In this document: one piece after another, positions 9,144 to 21,699 of the stretch | Layout of the letters: each line of letters starts with the position of its first letter | How positions within the stretch are numbered: position 1 is the first letter of the stretch | Origin: Lama guanicoe | Lineage: Eukaryota | Length of the DNA stretch: 64,000 bases | Assembly (NCBI GenBank): GCA_013239625.1 | Contig: MU055937.1 | Coordinates: 1,054,001-1,118,000, forward strand | Reading direction: 5' to 3' | The notes under the pieces: model-generated | What the model was told of the DNA's origin: nothing | Databases searched by the model: none | What the model saw: only the letters and a program-made list of their open reading frames with translations | Translations under genes and position numbers: made by a program

Positions 9144-11319
9144 CTGGCTAAAGGTATGATTGTAATAGAGCTTTTTTTTTTTTTTAAATAAAAACTATGT
9201 AAGAAGGAAAAGAAACTAAGAACTGAATCCACTATTTCAACTGAGTCCTGTTGTCTCACAGAAAGACAGGAATTTACACGTCGGAAGAACAAAAACTTCT
9301 AACATCTCAGTACTACTTTCACCACTCAAATGGCGTTCGGCAAAATAGTAGCCTATCACTTCTCTTCCTAAGTAAAAAGCTCTGAGTAAAAAGATCCCAA
9401 GATGGAGAAGAAGAAAACTTGTTTCAGCATACGTTCATTCTGCCCTGAGAAAGAAGTGGAGCAGCTGACGCAGGCTCTGGGACCTGAGGAGACGCGCGTG
9501 AATGATTACTATGTTAGGGAAGCTACTGTCCTTGTTAGTATGAGGGGTCTCACCTAGGCTTTACTCAGCACAGACGGAGTCCACCTGGGTAGTTCCCAAG
9601 TGTTTACTTATAATGAAGCCTTGAGCGCAGACCTTGTGGTTAGGAGCTAGGTGATTACACGTTAGAGTAGCTTCCTTGGTTCTGGTTTCTAGCCACGTAG
9701 CGCTTGCTCTCTGCTGGTCTAAATATCCCAGAATTTACAGGCATGTTTGCAGATATCACAAATGATCCCCCCCCAGAGGGTGAGACTGACCACCTGAAAT
9801 CTGATGGTTACTTTCTAGGCAGAGGCGTGGGGCGGAGGGGGAAGTGCTAGAGGAAAATCAAATTGGCATGCTAGGAAAAGGAGGCAGAAAGTTTAGGAGG
9901 CATCATAGGGCATCGCCTTGGAACTGTGGAGAGTGGGACTCATCTGTTAGCCACAGAAACATGGAAACATGCACAAGGCTAGCACAAGAAGCAGCTCAAC
10001 TGAAATAGCAAAGAGAATATACATATGAAATCGATGTATTTATATGTTCTTAGATTGAGGAAGAAAGGGGGATTGAGTGGGGAAAGATGCACTTTAGTAT
10101 TTGTATTACTTTTTGAAACATGTTTGTGGTATATGTATTTTCAGTCGGTGAATTATTCCCCAGGGTACTGATGGAAGGTCAAACCAGTGTGTCCAGGGGT
10201 GCTGGTCTGTCCCTCTTCATCCCTGCAGTTCTGATGTGGCCCCACTCATTCTTGGTCTCAGTGTCTATGGCAGTGTTCTCTGAATGTTGATCAGCTTCTG
10301 TGGGAGGCAGATGCCCTGGCTATTCAGCTTCAGCACTATTTTCCTCCCAAAGTAGATAAACTATAGTGAATGACAGGTAAAAACAAACAAGGTTTCTTCA
10401 GTTGCATAATAGAGGAAGAGGAATTTTGAGACAATTCTCATCAGTAATTTTGGAGGCTTTGATAATAAGGCAATCCTCAGTATCATGGAATTTGGCAAAA
10501 TGAAACTCCCATCAATATTTAAATTTGAACTTGGGTCTAACTTTGTTTCTCTAAGCTGAGAGCAAGGAATCTAAGGCTTCTATAGTACGTTATTATAATA
10601 CTATTTTAATATATATATACCATATTTCTCTTTAAAGTGAAGATACTATAGTTTTACTTATAAGTAAACCTAACCTCCAAAAGAATAGCCCAGCCAATTT
10701 TGTATCATACAATTTTTATTGTAAATTTGAAGATGTTATCAAATCACAGTATATGGTTATATTTATATGTACAATCAAAGGTTCTCATGACCATTCTATT
10801 AATAATTGAATCATAAAATGAACTTAATAGAGAAAGATATCTAAATTTGAAAATCTTCCTGAACTAGTTGCCTGAAATGAGAAAAAGTGAAAACTAAGTG
10901 TGCAAGAACCGAAAGTCTATTTTTTTTAAAAAATGGAGCAACAGAATAGTCATATCACTACATAGTTGATTACTTAGATAGTAAAGCACCATTTTAACTA
11001 ATTATTTTTTAACTGCAACATTTAAGATTCCTAGGGTTCTAAACTCTAAGAAACATACCCACAGAGAAAGAAAGCAAATTTTGAAAATGTGACACTGTCT
11101 AAGGAATTTCTGGAAAAATCACGTGGAGAACAGATTATTTCAGAGTCCGCGATTGTTAAACTCTGTAACTCAAGGCTTATCAGTGGGCTCCACTGATTTC
11201 TATCTTCAAAATGGTGCTGAAACTTCTGTGGTACCCTGGAGAAAAAAAATGAAGAATTGGTGGCAGCACACTCACACTGTTGTCCTTAAACTTCCCCTTT
11301 GTTCTGCACGTACAGTAAT

Positions 11320-11550
11320 GGAACAGGATGTTAGAGAAGCTGGTGGGGGGATGAGATTTGGGTAAGGCAGTCAGTGCTAGTTGTCTGGGGAAAAGGATGA
11401 TGGAAAAATTACCCAGTTGTGATATTATTTTTAAAGAAAGAGAAGGTGTGTGCATGCAATTCCTCTCCCTGAGGATAGACCAATGGAGAAGCGAAGCAGA
11501 GGAAGTAAACATACAAAGGCACAGGCTGAATATCAGGGAAAAAGGTTCAA
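11320..11550 (+). mobile_element. possible ancient CR1/L3 LINE 3' remnant inside the 3'UTR
   Basis: Colinear blocks CAGGATG, CTGGGGAAAAGG, GAGGATAGACCAATGG, GGCTGAATATCAGGGAAAA resemble the L3/CR1 3' end (ORF peptide RLNIREK ~ CR1 RLDIRK). Confidence 0.4.
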
Positions 11551-13900
11551 CTGAACATAGAAGAGTTGCTGGAAGAAAGGCTGTTGGGGCACCGGCGGAG
11601 AAAGTGAATCGACAAAGCTCAGGAACTCTACGAGATGCAGAATGGCTCGGTGTTCTCAGAATTGTGATAAGCCTGTATCGTTACGTAGCTTATTTATCTC
11701 AGCATAAACTCTTACGGTTTCCTGTGATGTATCTTTATTAGCTTAACAAGAACTCATTATTTGAGATAGAGGAGAATCAATGTTTAGCTAGTATGCTCAG
11801 AGAAATTATTAGATTGTTAACACCCACCCCACCTATCCTGTCTTTTACAAGTTACGTTCCTTTGAAGACTTGTAGTTTGTATTCGCACAAGGCAAAGTAT
11901 ATATAGATATATGATTTCCTCTTCTTAGTACCTAAGCATCCACCCCAAAGGCTATGTTTACGTGGAGCTACCAGTTTAGCCTTTAAACTGAATTAGCTTG
12001 TCTATTATTGAAATAGTTTCCAAGCAATGTTAAATATTATCACAGCATCTGGATTTACTCATTTAATGTTTGAAAGACTTGTGTCTTGGAACTATTCAAA
12101 GCTGACTTAATTTTATTGCTTAGAGAAAATATTAGTGGAATCAACAATGACTTTCTTGAGTGGACATGAATGAAAAGCCTGCACAAATGGGGTGTAAGTA
12201 TTTGATAACAGATATTAAAATGTAGCTGATCTCCTTCGAAGCAGGTTACTAATGCTATTCTTTGCACAGCTAACATGCCAGTCATTTAACTGATATGACT
12301 TTTCACATTCATGTTTTCAGATCTCTGGTCCTGTGTCTTCACCTTGTTTATAGAATGTACCCCTGGTTTTTGGTAATATCAACTTCTAAAGGTCTATTGA
12401 TTTAGTTTAATTCTCCTGTCATTAATCAGGAAATGCCAGTTCTGTGAAGAAGGAAAGAAGAAAGGTCTGCTGTGTTTCATTTTGCCTGAGTGTGTTTCAC
12501 TTTTTGGGTCTTGAATAAAAGTTAAGAAATACGGTGAGGTCCTGTGTGGGTGCTGCCTTGCTGCAACAGATACCAAGGGGCAGGTTAAAGACAATGCCCA
12601 TGCCTTTGGGACAATTCCCAGTTGGATACAAGGTGACCTCAGCATGCCCAATGGGCTATGTCCATGGCAAGAGGAATGCATTGATGTGCAAGACTTCCCA
12701 TCCTGTAAGTCGTAAGAAGATAAACACGGGCATTTTTTCTACCTAATCTCTGATAGTTTGGAAAATAAGCTTAATTAGAATCACATGGTCATTGCAAAGG
12801 GGAAAATGTAGACACCAATGCCTGCTACATTGAAGAATTGATAAAAAAAAAAAAACATTAACCAGCATTTAAAACTGTTTAGAACATGCCCAATGTTATG
12901 TCTCTGAGCAGTGGAGATCAACTGTGAGGCTTTTAATTCCAGGAGTTTTTTCTAAAGAATTGATATTGCCAAAAATCAGAACTAAAGTGTTTTTAGTTAT
13001 ATTCCACCCTCCTCTCTACTTCCTCCTTAATCTTAAACATAGAAGCTAAGCCCATGCTTCTTATGTAAGTCCAGAATGGGGCATAAGTACCAACCTCTGC
13101 TTGGTGATCAGCATTCTCTTGGTAGTATCCTGAGGTCCCCGGTGAAAGAAGGGGATAGGGCCTGGGAGATTCAGGAAATTACTAACTGGGAAGAACTAGG
13201 CCCTGAGGGCTTGATCTGCTGGTCTGGGAAAATTTCTTCTCACCTTTGGAGAAGAGCTGATGATTGTCATTGAGTGACTTAAGCAAAACATTACTAACAT
13301 GTTTTCTTAAACATGAGCAAAACTTGGGCCATTTCCTAATGCCTTATGTTCTGGATAGCACCAGAAGTAAGGTTTCAGAATTAAGAGATCCAGTTCTGTT
13401 CCAAGATGAGTCTGAACCAATAGAAAGCAAACAGGTACAGATGTCCAAATGATACTGTTCACGCAAGCTGGGGCTCACTGCCCATCTTGGGCAGCAGCAC
13501 CAGAGCTCCAGAGAGTTTATTTAATATTTACCTAGGAGACTTCGAAGACACAGGAGATGTTTAATGAAGTCACTATTTTGGCTCAAAACTCCCCCCTTCC
13601 TCCAAAAAAGCAAATAGGTAAACACATAAATGAAAGAAGCCCACAGAAGGGAGTGGGAAATAAAATTCTCTCAAGACATATCCAGACCATGTCACTGGTT
13701 GGTGTGGTTTTTGTGTGGGTTAAGATTGGAAGATGTGAAGACATAAGTATCCAGTACTTTATAACCAAAGCAATTAAAAGATGTTGGGTAGGGAACGTTG
13801 GCCAGTTCTATTTAATTTTGCATCACATTATCACCAGACTCTATCACTAGCCCAAGTAATCGGGCACCCGAAGAGGGAGATCGGGATGTGCAGAAGTTAC

Positions 13901-13970
13901 CAGTGTGCAAATGATAACTACTGATGAAAGAGTCCTCGACTCAGTTAGTGGTTGGATGTGGTCACATTTG
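13901..13970 (+). promoter_or_regulatory. SECIS element (form 2 / type II)
   Basis: AUGA 13911-13914; helix II AACUACUGAU (13916-13925) pairs with 13944-13953; unpaired AAA 13927-13929; mini-stem GAGUC/GACUC (13930-13934/13938-13942); GA 13955-13956; helix I UGUG/CACA. Confidence 0.96.
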
Positions 13971-14190
13971 TTTGCTTCTGCCCATCTCTGTCTCCCCAGC
14001 AAGGAGGATACTCGGGGCATGATGCTATGAGTACTGGGTAAATGTGGTGAGAATGTGTGTGTGTGTATCTCTGCTTCTCAGTTGCAGAAACAGAAATGCT
14101 TTGGAGATTATGCGTAGAAAGAGTGTTATTATATTGGTGCTGAGTGGTATGTGTGCTTTTAAATTTGTTCTTGTATTTTAGTAAACTTTG

Positions 14191-14204
14191 AATAAAAGAA
14201 TAAA
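14191..14204 (+). terminator. tandem AATAAA polyadenylation signals of DIO2
   Basis: AATAAA at 14191-14196 and 14199-14204, followed by the GT/T-rich CTTTGGTTCTGTTTGTTTATTTTT; ~230 nt after the SECIS. Confidence 0.88.
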
Positions 14205-15074
14205 GTTACTCTTTGGTTCTGTTTGTTTATTTTTAAATGACTCTCTAGACCTTGCCCTTGGCTGGAACACATTCATGGTTGACAAGGGAAAGAGAATCCA
14301 TCATTCTAATATTTATTCCTTGGTATTTGTGGGCAAAATCACCAGCAATGCCAGGTTATTTTAATCTCATGCTGTGTGCCAGAGTCTTCAAGGAAATCAA
14401 GACAAGTTAAAAGAAAATCTTAAGATACTTTCCATATTCATGAACAAGTTGCACACGGAATTCATGGAAAGGGGCCTGTTAAAGAGACTGTGGAACAGAT
14501 TTCTACTTTGTTGTATTTACATCTCAGGTTTTCTAAGTGCAATAAATAAACTTTCCAGGAAGTTAAATACATATCACACACATAGAATATATGTATGTAT
14601 GTGTGTACACATATATATGTGTATATGTATACATGTATAATTTGTTATATAATTGGCAGTACAATAATGTGGAGTTAAAAAAAATCAACATCTGAACACA
14701 TTTATATCAAGCACTTCCCACTATGATAAGGTATAAAGGATGAGAATGGTTTGCGAAGGCAGTGACCTGTTAATGACAAGGATGTAATTGCAACATGGTT
14801 AAGTACGTGCATTTTGTTCCTGAAAACAGATGACTTAACCAAAGTATTACTATCTCTTGAGACTCTTGCTCATGATTTCCTACACATAGTAATCTAATTA
14901 ATATTTGTAGTGTCATGTAATATTCCAGAATTTCAGTGGAATTTTAAAGAATCATTACTTTGACACCTATTGATTGAGTTTCTATTCCTTGCAGGGCGCA
15001 TCTGCGCTAGGTGTAATGTGATGTGCAAAAGCAGTAAAACTAAACTCACAAAGACATGACTCCCTCGAGGAACC

Positions 15075-15430
15075 TGTCGTGGATTCGTCAAGACTGCAGG
15101 TGGCAAACTCCAATTAGTCTGCAAAAAAAGTGAATATATTGGCTGATAAAAGAAAACCGTGGAAATGGCTGGGATGAAACTTACCTCAGGGACAGCAGGC
15201 TCCAGTGACTTAGAAACCTTCAGTGCTTGCTAGGTCTTCGGTGTCTTCTCTTTTTTGGGTATCAGCTTTTTCTTCTAGACCAGCCTCTCCTTACTCTGGG
15301 TAACCCGGCTAGGGGAAGCTCCTCACTGACATTCTATCAGCTGGCTTAAGTAGAGTTTGAAACTATCTCGAGAGAAGGACTTGAACTGGACCAGCTTGTG
15401 TCACATGTCCACTCTGTTGTCATGGGACTA
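15075..15430 (-). mobile_element. old MaLR (MLT1-type) LTR remnant
   Basis: Degenerate blocks such as GACTGCAGGTGGCAAACTCCAA...ATATATTGGCT and GACCAGCTTGTGTCACATGTCCACTCTG. Confidence 0.4.
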
Positions 15431-17023
15431 GGGTCTGTTACCAGAAGGACTGTAAGAAATGCTGAGATTATACAAAGGTATCGGAAGTTAACTCAATGGC
15501 AGTTATTTTCAACTTACCCTAGAATGAGGGTTAAATAAGAATACTTACTTAACTTCCCTAAAAGTGAGGGGAACCTCAATAAGTGACTGGGTGTGTACAG
15601 TCATTAAAAACATTCGAAGAAAGGGTAGAGCTCTCAGACTAGACTTTGTGGAGTTTAAAAGGACTTGAGAGGCTGGGCAAGATTTAGAGAAGAAGATGGA
15701 CTGTCTTCCATTTAGTAAGTCAATATGTATTTACTAATATGTATTTACGAAGTATCTGTCAGTTGTGACTAAGGAGGCCAAATCAGTCAAAAAATTAAGA
15801 CACTAAAATGTGTTGATCATTTTTAGAAGAGAGAATTCAGTCTAATTCATAAAAGTTGAGAAAACTGAGGATAGGAGATAAATTTTCTATTTCTTTGTGT
15901 TTCTTCCTCTCTCGGGTGAGCAGTTACATAACTAACATTAAATCACTGAGTGTTTGAGCACCTATTAGTATAAATAAAGCACTAGTCATCAAAATACTAC
16001 CTTCAGTGGGTGTACGTACAAATGGTATAAACTATGGTTTCCCACACTGTTAAGTGTTTATAGTCTGGCTGGTAAATGAAAAATCTAAACATGATATTAT
16101 CTCATGTACTAGATATGCATCTCCATACGCACTGAGCCTTAAAACCTTGAAGTTTTGCCATTTAACTTCGTCTAGAAGGGCTTCTAGAGTAAACTGGATC
16201 GAAAAACATAGAATAGGGTGTTTTGTAAAAATAAAGAAGCCTTCCAGCCAACACTGAGCCCTGAAAGACATTCCAGGAAAATTTGTAATAAAATTCCTCA
16301 GTATAATAATGTGTTGTATTGGGGCGTTTTGCAGAGGCATTCACAATCCTTTCCCAGTTTTCACATGGGTAAGGATTCACTGTGGCTTAGTCATCTTCAT
16401 CAACCCCTGTGGCCTAGATTTTGTGCAATGGACAAAAGGAAGATATGCTGGAGTAAAAGGCATAAATTACCAACATACACTAGTGTAAAAGTTTGAAAAC
16501 TTAATCAAGACAAATGCAAGGTTTGTTGTTGTGAAATTAACCAGCTGTCCTGGGTAAGCCTGCACATCTAGCCATTGGGAATTCATGGGTCTACCTGCAA
16601 GAGCCGACTGGCTAGAGCCCTGCTTCCCTTGCAGCCCAAACTCTTTGTACCCTGTAGGTTAAACATCCAAGGGGGAGCAATTCTGGGTCTTGTAGCTGCA
16701 TAGGTCTTTTGGAGTAGCAGAAGAGATTCTAGGTACCTCTTGATAAATGGTAGCCACTGTAACTGGCCCAAATCAGGGAAATTGAACTGAGAGAATGCTA
16801 GGGATCCAGGAACCCACCCATTCCCATTCCTGCTTCAAAAAAGGGAGTACAGCTTCTGTTTCCTCTCCTGGCTTTGCTGTCCACTTTGTATTTCCCCATT
16901 CCCTCCAGAAAATAAAGAACTTTAGCCTGAAATCATGAGCATGAATATGGGATGTGGTGGAGTGTACTGTATTATTGATTTAGTCTATATACTTCAGGCA
17001 GAAATCTTGATTCATACATTTTA

Positions 17024-17356
17024 TTTATTTCTTAAATATATTTTTATTGAAGTACAGTTTCTGGTGTACAGCATAATACTTCAGTCACAAAGGAACATAC
17101 ATACATTTGTTCTCATATTCTTCTTCATCATAGGTTACTGCAAGATATTGAATATGATTCCCTGTGCTGTACAGTATAAATTTGTTGTTTATCTATTTTA
17201 TATATATTAGTATCTGCAAATCTCAAACTCCGAATTTCTCCCTTCCCACCCCCTTCCCTCCCTGGTAACCATAAATCTGTTTTCTATGTCTCTGAGTCTG
17301 TTTCCATTTTGTAAATAAGTTCATTTGTCTTTTTTTTTTGATTCCACATATATAAG
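17024..17356 (-). mobile_element. 5'-truncated L1 3'-end insertion with perfect 16-bp TSD
   Basis: T-rich tail then an artiodactyl-type L1 3'UTR (TTTATTGAAGTA...CTGGTGTACAGCAT...CCCTGTGCTGTACAGTA...GGTAACCATAAATCTGTTTTCTATGTC). TGATTCATACATTTTA at 17008-17023 and 17357-17372. Confidence 0.9.
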
Positions 17357-18817
17357 TGATTCATACATTTTAGACAACATGTGTGAGGCAATTTACTAAC
17401 ATGTGTACTGGCCAGAGGCATAGATGTCCTTATAGGCCACTCCCATAGGAGGTGGCATCCCCACTTAATGTTGCAGGCTGGTTATTCATCAGGTGTTCCT
17501 ACTTCGCCACCAAGATTTCATTGCTCTGTATGTTTCTGTGCATTTATACCTTATGGATTACCTTTGTTACCTTAATTGTTTGAGGTTTAGGTGCTCTACC
17601 AATTCCACTGGGAAGAGTGCATTGTAAATATTTGGCATAGGAAAATTTCTTTAAAGTGAAGAAAATCCTAAGGGAAAATTTAGGAATTCCCATCCTCTGA
17701 TGGTGCCAGGGAAATCTAATCTTCCATTTCCAAACCTCCTCCACTTTTATAATGGCTGCACTTTCCTTCATCAAACCCAACACTAATTTTTTTTTTTTGG
17801 TGAACTTCCCTACCGACTCTACCCATTTACATGTGCTCCCTATTATACTTTAAGGATGTATAAATATAGGCTATGTGTTATAATGACAGAAATCTCCTAA
17901 ATTTATTCTTCCTTATGGAAAAATTTCTTTTGACATATATATTCTCAGTTTGTGCACATTTTAAAAAAGCATCTCCCTTGAGTATACTGAGGAGTACCCA
18001 CTCATATTTTTCTAAGTTCTAAGTTCTTGCTTGCATCGATGTCTTCGTTCTCTGTTCTGGTGCTCAGGGCTTCCATACAGGTGATGAGTGCTATCAGGCC
18101 CACGTTTTAGTTATACCTTTAGAAGATTTGTCATTATCTGTTATAGGCACACACTTATCTACACTTCTATAATGTATTATTGATAGTAATCTATGTAGTT
18201 CTCTCCATGGTATAAAATGGTTACCTTCTAAGCCATAGAGAAAAAATAATCCCCTTATGTAGTGAAGAAGAGAGATAGGTTGAACCTCAACTGAATTGAA
18301 TTGTCAGTTCAGTTGTGACCAGATGGAGCAGACAAGGCATGTTCCTACTGGTTGTGCCATGATTATAGAAAAGACATCAAGAAATTATCCAGGGTAAAGG
18401 CTGTATCTGCTTCTTGATGACTGAGGTACACCTGGTTACACCCATAGCCCAGGAACACCAAACATGTTTGTCTGCTGGTTTTGCATGGCGCTGGAAGGCA
18501 TCCAAGTAACATACAAGTGGCAGTAATCCCTTGAGTGCTGTGTTGCTTCACTGACTTCTTATTCTTTGGGAACAGTCTTCTAGAGTCACCAGTGACCTCC
18601 TTCTAATCTAGACAAGTCCGGAGGTATTTTTTTTTTTTCAGTATTCACGCTCTTTCATGTGGCCCTTCTAACTCTTCTACTTTCTCTTTTGCTGTTCTCT
18701 CCTCCTAGTCTATTTAAAGTGGATGTTCCTATAGGATTATATTCTATATGTATTCTGTTTTTGTCTTGTATTCTTTCTGAAATAAGGAGAGAGGAAAATG
18801 TCATTGCAAATTACACT

Positions 18818-19255
18818 AGGTAGCATTAGGTTTGCCTGTGAGGAGCAGAGACCTAAAATAACAATGACTTAACCAAGACAGAAGCGTATTTTTCTCTCTC
18901 ATGTAAAAATCCTGAGGTAGGTGATCTGCAGCAGGTATGGGAGCTCTGTTCCATGAAGTCCTTAATGATCTAGGTTCCTTCTAGTTTTCTGCTCCACCCT
19001 CAAGATGCCTTATGGTCCCAGGCAGAGGGTAGAAAGGAAGAGAAAAAAAGGGGTCAAGGTATGTATCTACCAGCTATCTTTTAAGGAGATTCTTAGAAAC
19101 TGTTTTATAGACATTTCCACTTATATCCCACTGGCCAGAGCTTTTGTCACAGAGGATGCTACCTTCAAAGAAGGTTAGAAAATATTGCCTTTATTCTGGA
19201 CAGCCATGTGCCCACCTGAAAATTCTATTACTGTAGATGAAAGGGAAAACATGTT
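18818..19255 (-). mobile_element. MaLR LTR (MLT1J/K-like)
   Basis: AATAACAATGACTTAACCAAGACAGAAG, CACTTATATCCCACTGGCCAGAGC, CTTTATTCTGGACAGCCATGTGCCCA. Confidence 0.6.
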
Positions 19256-19259
19256 TGTA

Positions 19260-21630
19260 AAGATATTTTCCTATATTTTCTTCTAGCAGTTTTAATATTT
19301 GCTTTTCATAAATATGTGTTTTACCCACCTGGAGCTAATTTTGTGCATGGCATTAGGTAAGAAATTTAATGTGACTTTACTGTCTTAACATGTAATTATT
19401 ACAGCATCTTTATCTCTTTTCTCCCAGTGATCTATGATGCCAGTTCTGACAAGTTTCCATTTATACATGACTCTGTCCCAGGCTCCCTATCCTGAATTTT
19501 CCTTGTCTATGTGTTTTTCTCTAAACCAGTATTATAATACATCTTTATTATTGTGTTGAACCATGAGGAATTACCAATATTTGCTCTTGACCTATAAAAA
19601 TATCAGCTTCGTATGATTCAAAACTAATGTTATAGTTTCACAAACAGCTTTGTTATTACAAATTCCTTCCCTTACTCTCCCTATACATATTTGTCTTGCT
19701 ATAGAGCATCTTGGCTATTTTTGGCACTTTGTTCTTTCAGATAAATTTTAGAATCAGTTTTCTAAGTCCCAAGAAAGAACAATTTTTAGCACTTTAATTG
19801 AAATTTTGTTGCATTTTCAGTGATTTTGTGGGATAATTGCCATTTATGTGGTACGGCATCTTTCTGTTCATGAACGTGATATAGCTTTCCATTTATTTAG
19901 GTATTCTTTACTCGTTTTCAATGAAGTTTTGTAATTTTCTCAGTGTCTCACCCATATTCTGAAATGTTATTCTGGTGCAATATTTTAGTTCTATCTGTCT
20001 CAAATTATTATCATTTCATACACAGACATTGTTCATTTATGTTTACTTTCATATTTGCCAATTTATTGGCTTGCCAGTCCTTGAATGTCAGGGCTACCTC
20101 ATGAGATGAGTTTCTTTTTTCCTAAAATTTATTCTTTAAATATTCTCCTAGGGAGGATGCATTTGTAGTAGACTTTTTCCTCTTTCCCTCTTTTCTTATC
20201 TAAAAATATCTTTCTCATCTTGTTCATTAGGGAGGGATATAATTACAGATAATCTTTTGGAGATAGTTTACTGGTGTTTCCAGTATTGCTGTTGAGAATC
20301 TGTTGACAATCTGTTACCAATTTGTTTGCATTTTTCCCTTCCTCTGGGTACATTTTAGATTTTCTCTTCATCATTAGTGTTTAGAAATTTCACTACCATG
20401 TGCCGAAAGCGCGATTTCCTTTTATTTACTCTTACTGGTATTGTTGTTCTTCCTAAATTGAAGATACATGTTTTTCAAGGAGTCTAAAAAATTCAAAGCC
20501 ATTAATTCTTTGAATATCAATTCCCCTTTATTTATTTGTTTTACTCATCTGTTAACTCCAAATAGTTGTATGTGTGTCATTTTATTCTCCAAGTCTTTTG
20601 TTCCTTTTTTTTTAATTTCAAGGGCACTGCATTTTTTGTTTGTTTCTTCTAATTTCTCCTGTGAGTTCTTCAATTCTCTCTTCAGTTGTGTCTAATCTTT
20701 GTTTAACCAATTCATTGAGTTTTGAAGTTCAAACTTTATATTACTAATGTATGAAAGTTCTTTTGAATTCTTTTTCAAGTTTTCCTGGTTATTTCTTGAA
20801 AGTACCATGTTAAATATTCTTACTGTTAATTTTTTCTTTTCTCTCAGAATTTTAAAAACATATTTTAAGGTAATTTGTATCTGATTATTCCAACTCTTAA
20901 GACCTTAGACTGTTTTTCTCTTATTCGTGTTGTTAGGGCATTGTTTACTTGTGTTTTTGATAGTTTTACATTATATCCTTCCTTTTGGCAGATACTAATT
21001 TTTGGAGGTTCTGAGGAATCCAGGTTATGGTAATTGTTTCTCTAGACAGGATTTGTGTTTCCTTCTGTCAGGTGTCCTGGGCCATTAAAAACCTGGAATC
21101 CCTTAAAAATTAATTTTCCTTGCAGTTTCTAGAATGCAAAGGTAAGTGTTCAGGTCTCTATCACCCGTGTCAGGGCAGGCTTGTCATTGTGAATTTCCAG
21201 TGGAGACTCATTTTCCCTTTCTACCAAAGCCTAAGGCAAACGCGTTCCTCTGTTGGTCCCTTTCCCAGTGGAGGAATTTTTTTCTGGCTTACATTTTTAT
21301 TGAGGGACTATCCCTTCAAGTAACCCAACTTTCTGCAGGAGTCTCAGATTTGACTTATTACTGTGACCCAGACTGAGGTCTTTCTCACCTTTCCTGATCT
21401 TGGCCATTAAAACCTGAGCATCTAAATTCCTGCTGTCAGGAAATGCCATGGGCAGCCTGACTTTGTAACACTGGCTTATGTTCAGTTTCAGGCTCTTTTA
21501 GGCTTCTTTTTTTTTAACCTGTAAATTTCTCTTACTTTTTTGTTGCTAATCTATGCTGTAAAGTCTATTTGTTTTCTTTTATCCAGAATTTCTTAGTTTT
21601 TTTAGTAGGTTTTTCTGGAATATGCAGCCG
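19260..21630 (-). mobile_element. degraded old L1 (L1M/L1ME-type) fragments
   Basis: Strongly T-rich plus strand with antisense ORF2-like blocks (CACCTGGAGCTAATTTTGTGCATGG; TTGGCTATTTTTGGCACTTTG...TAAATTTTAGAATCAGTT) followed by ORF1/5'-like sequence. Confidence 0.7.
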
Positions 21631-21699
21631 ATACTATTGCTCAAAGAAGAACTTGATGGTACTCATTTTTATGGGATGTTACTCATTCTCATGGTTATT

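Larger units (their letters stand above)
9144..14215 (+). other. DIO2: DIO2 long 3'UTR (~5 kb)
   Basis: Spans the stop codon to the tandem poly(A) signals and contains the SECIS needed for UGA recoding. End position approximate. Confidence 0.85.

Noticed and set aside
15722-15748. 14-bp tandem duplication AATATGTATTTAC(T), and a similar one at ~47905-47940
   Set aside because: Ordinary slippage duplications with no functional cue.
18288-18315. 12-bp hairpin CAACTGAATTGA-ATTG-TCAGTTCAGTTG
   Set aside because: Short and imperfect; plausible by chance and too small for a pre-miRNA.
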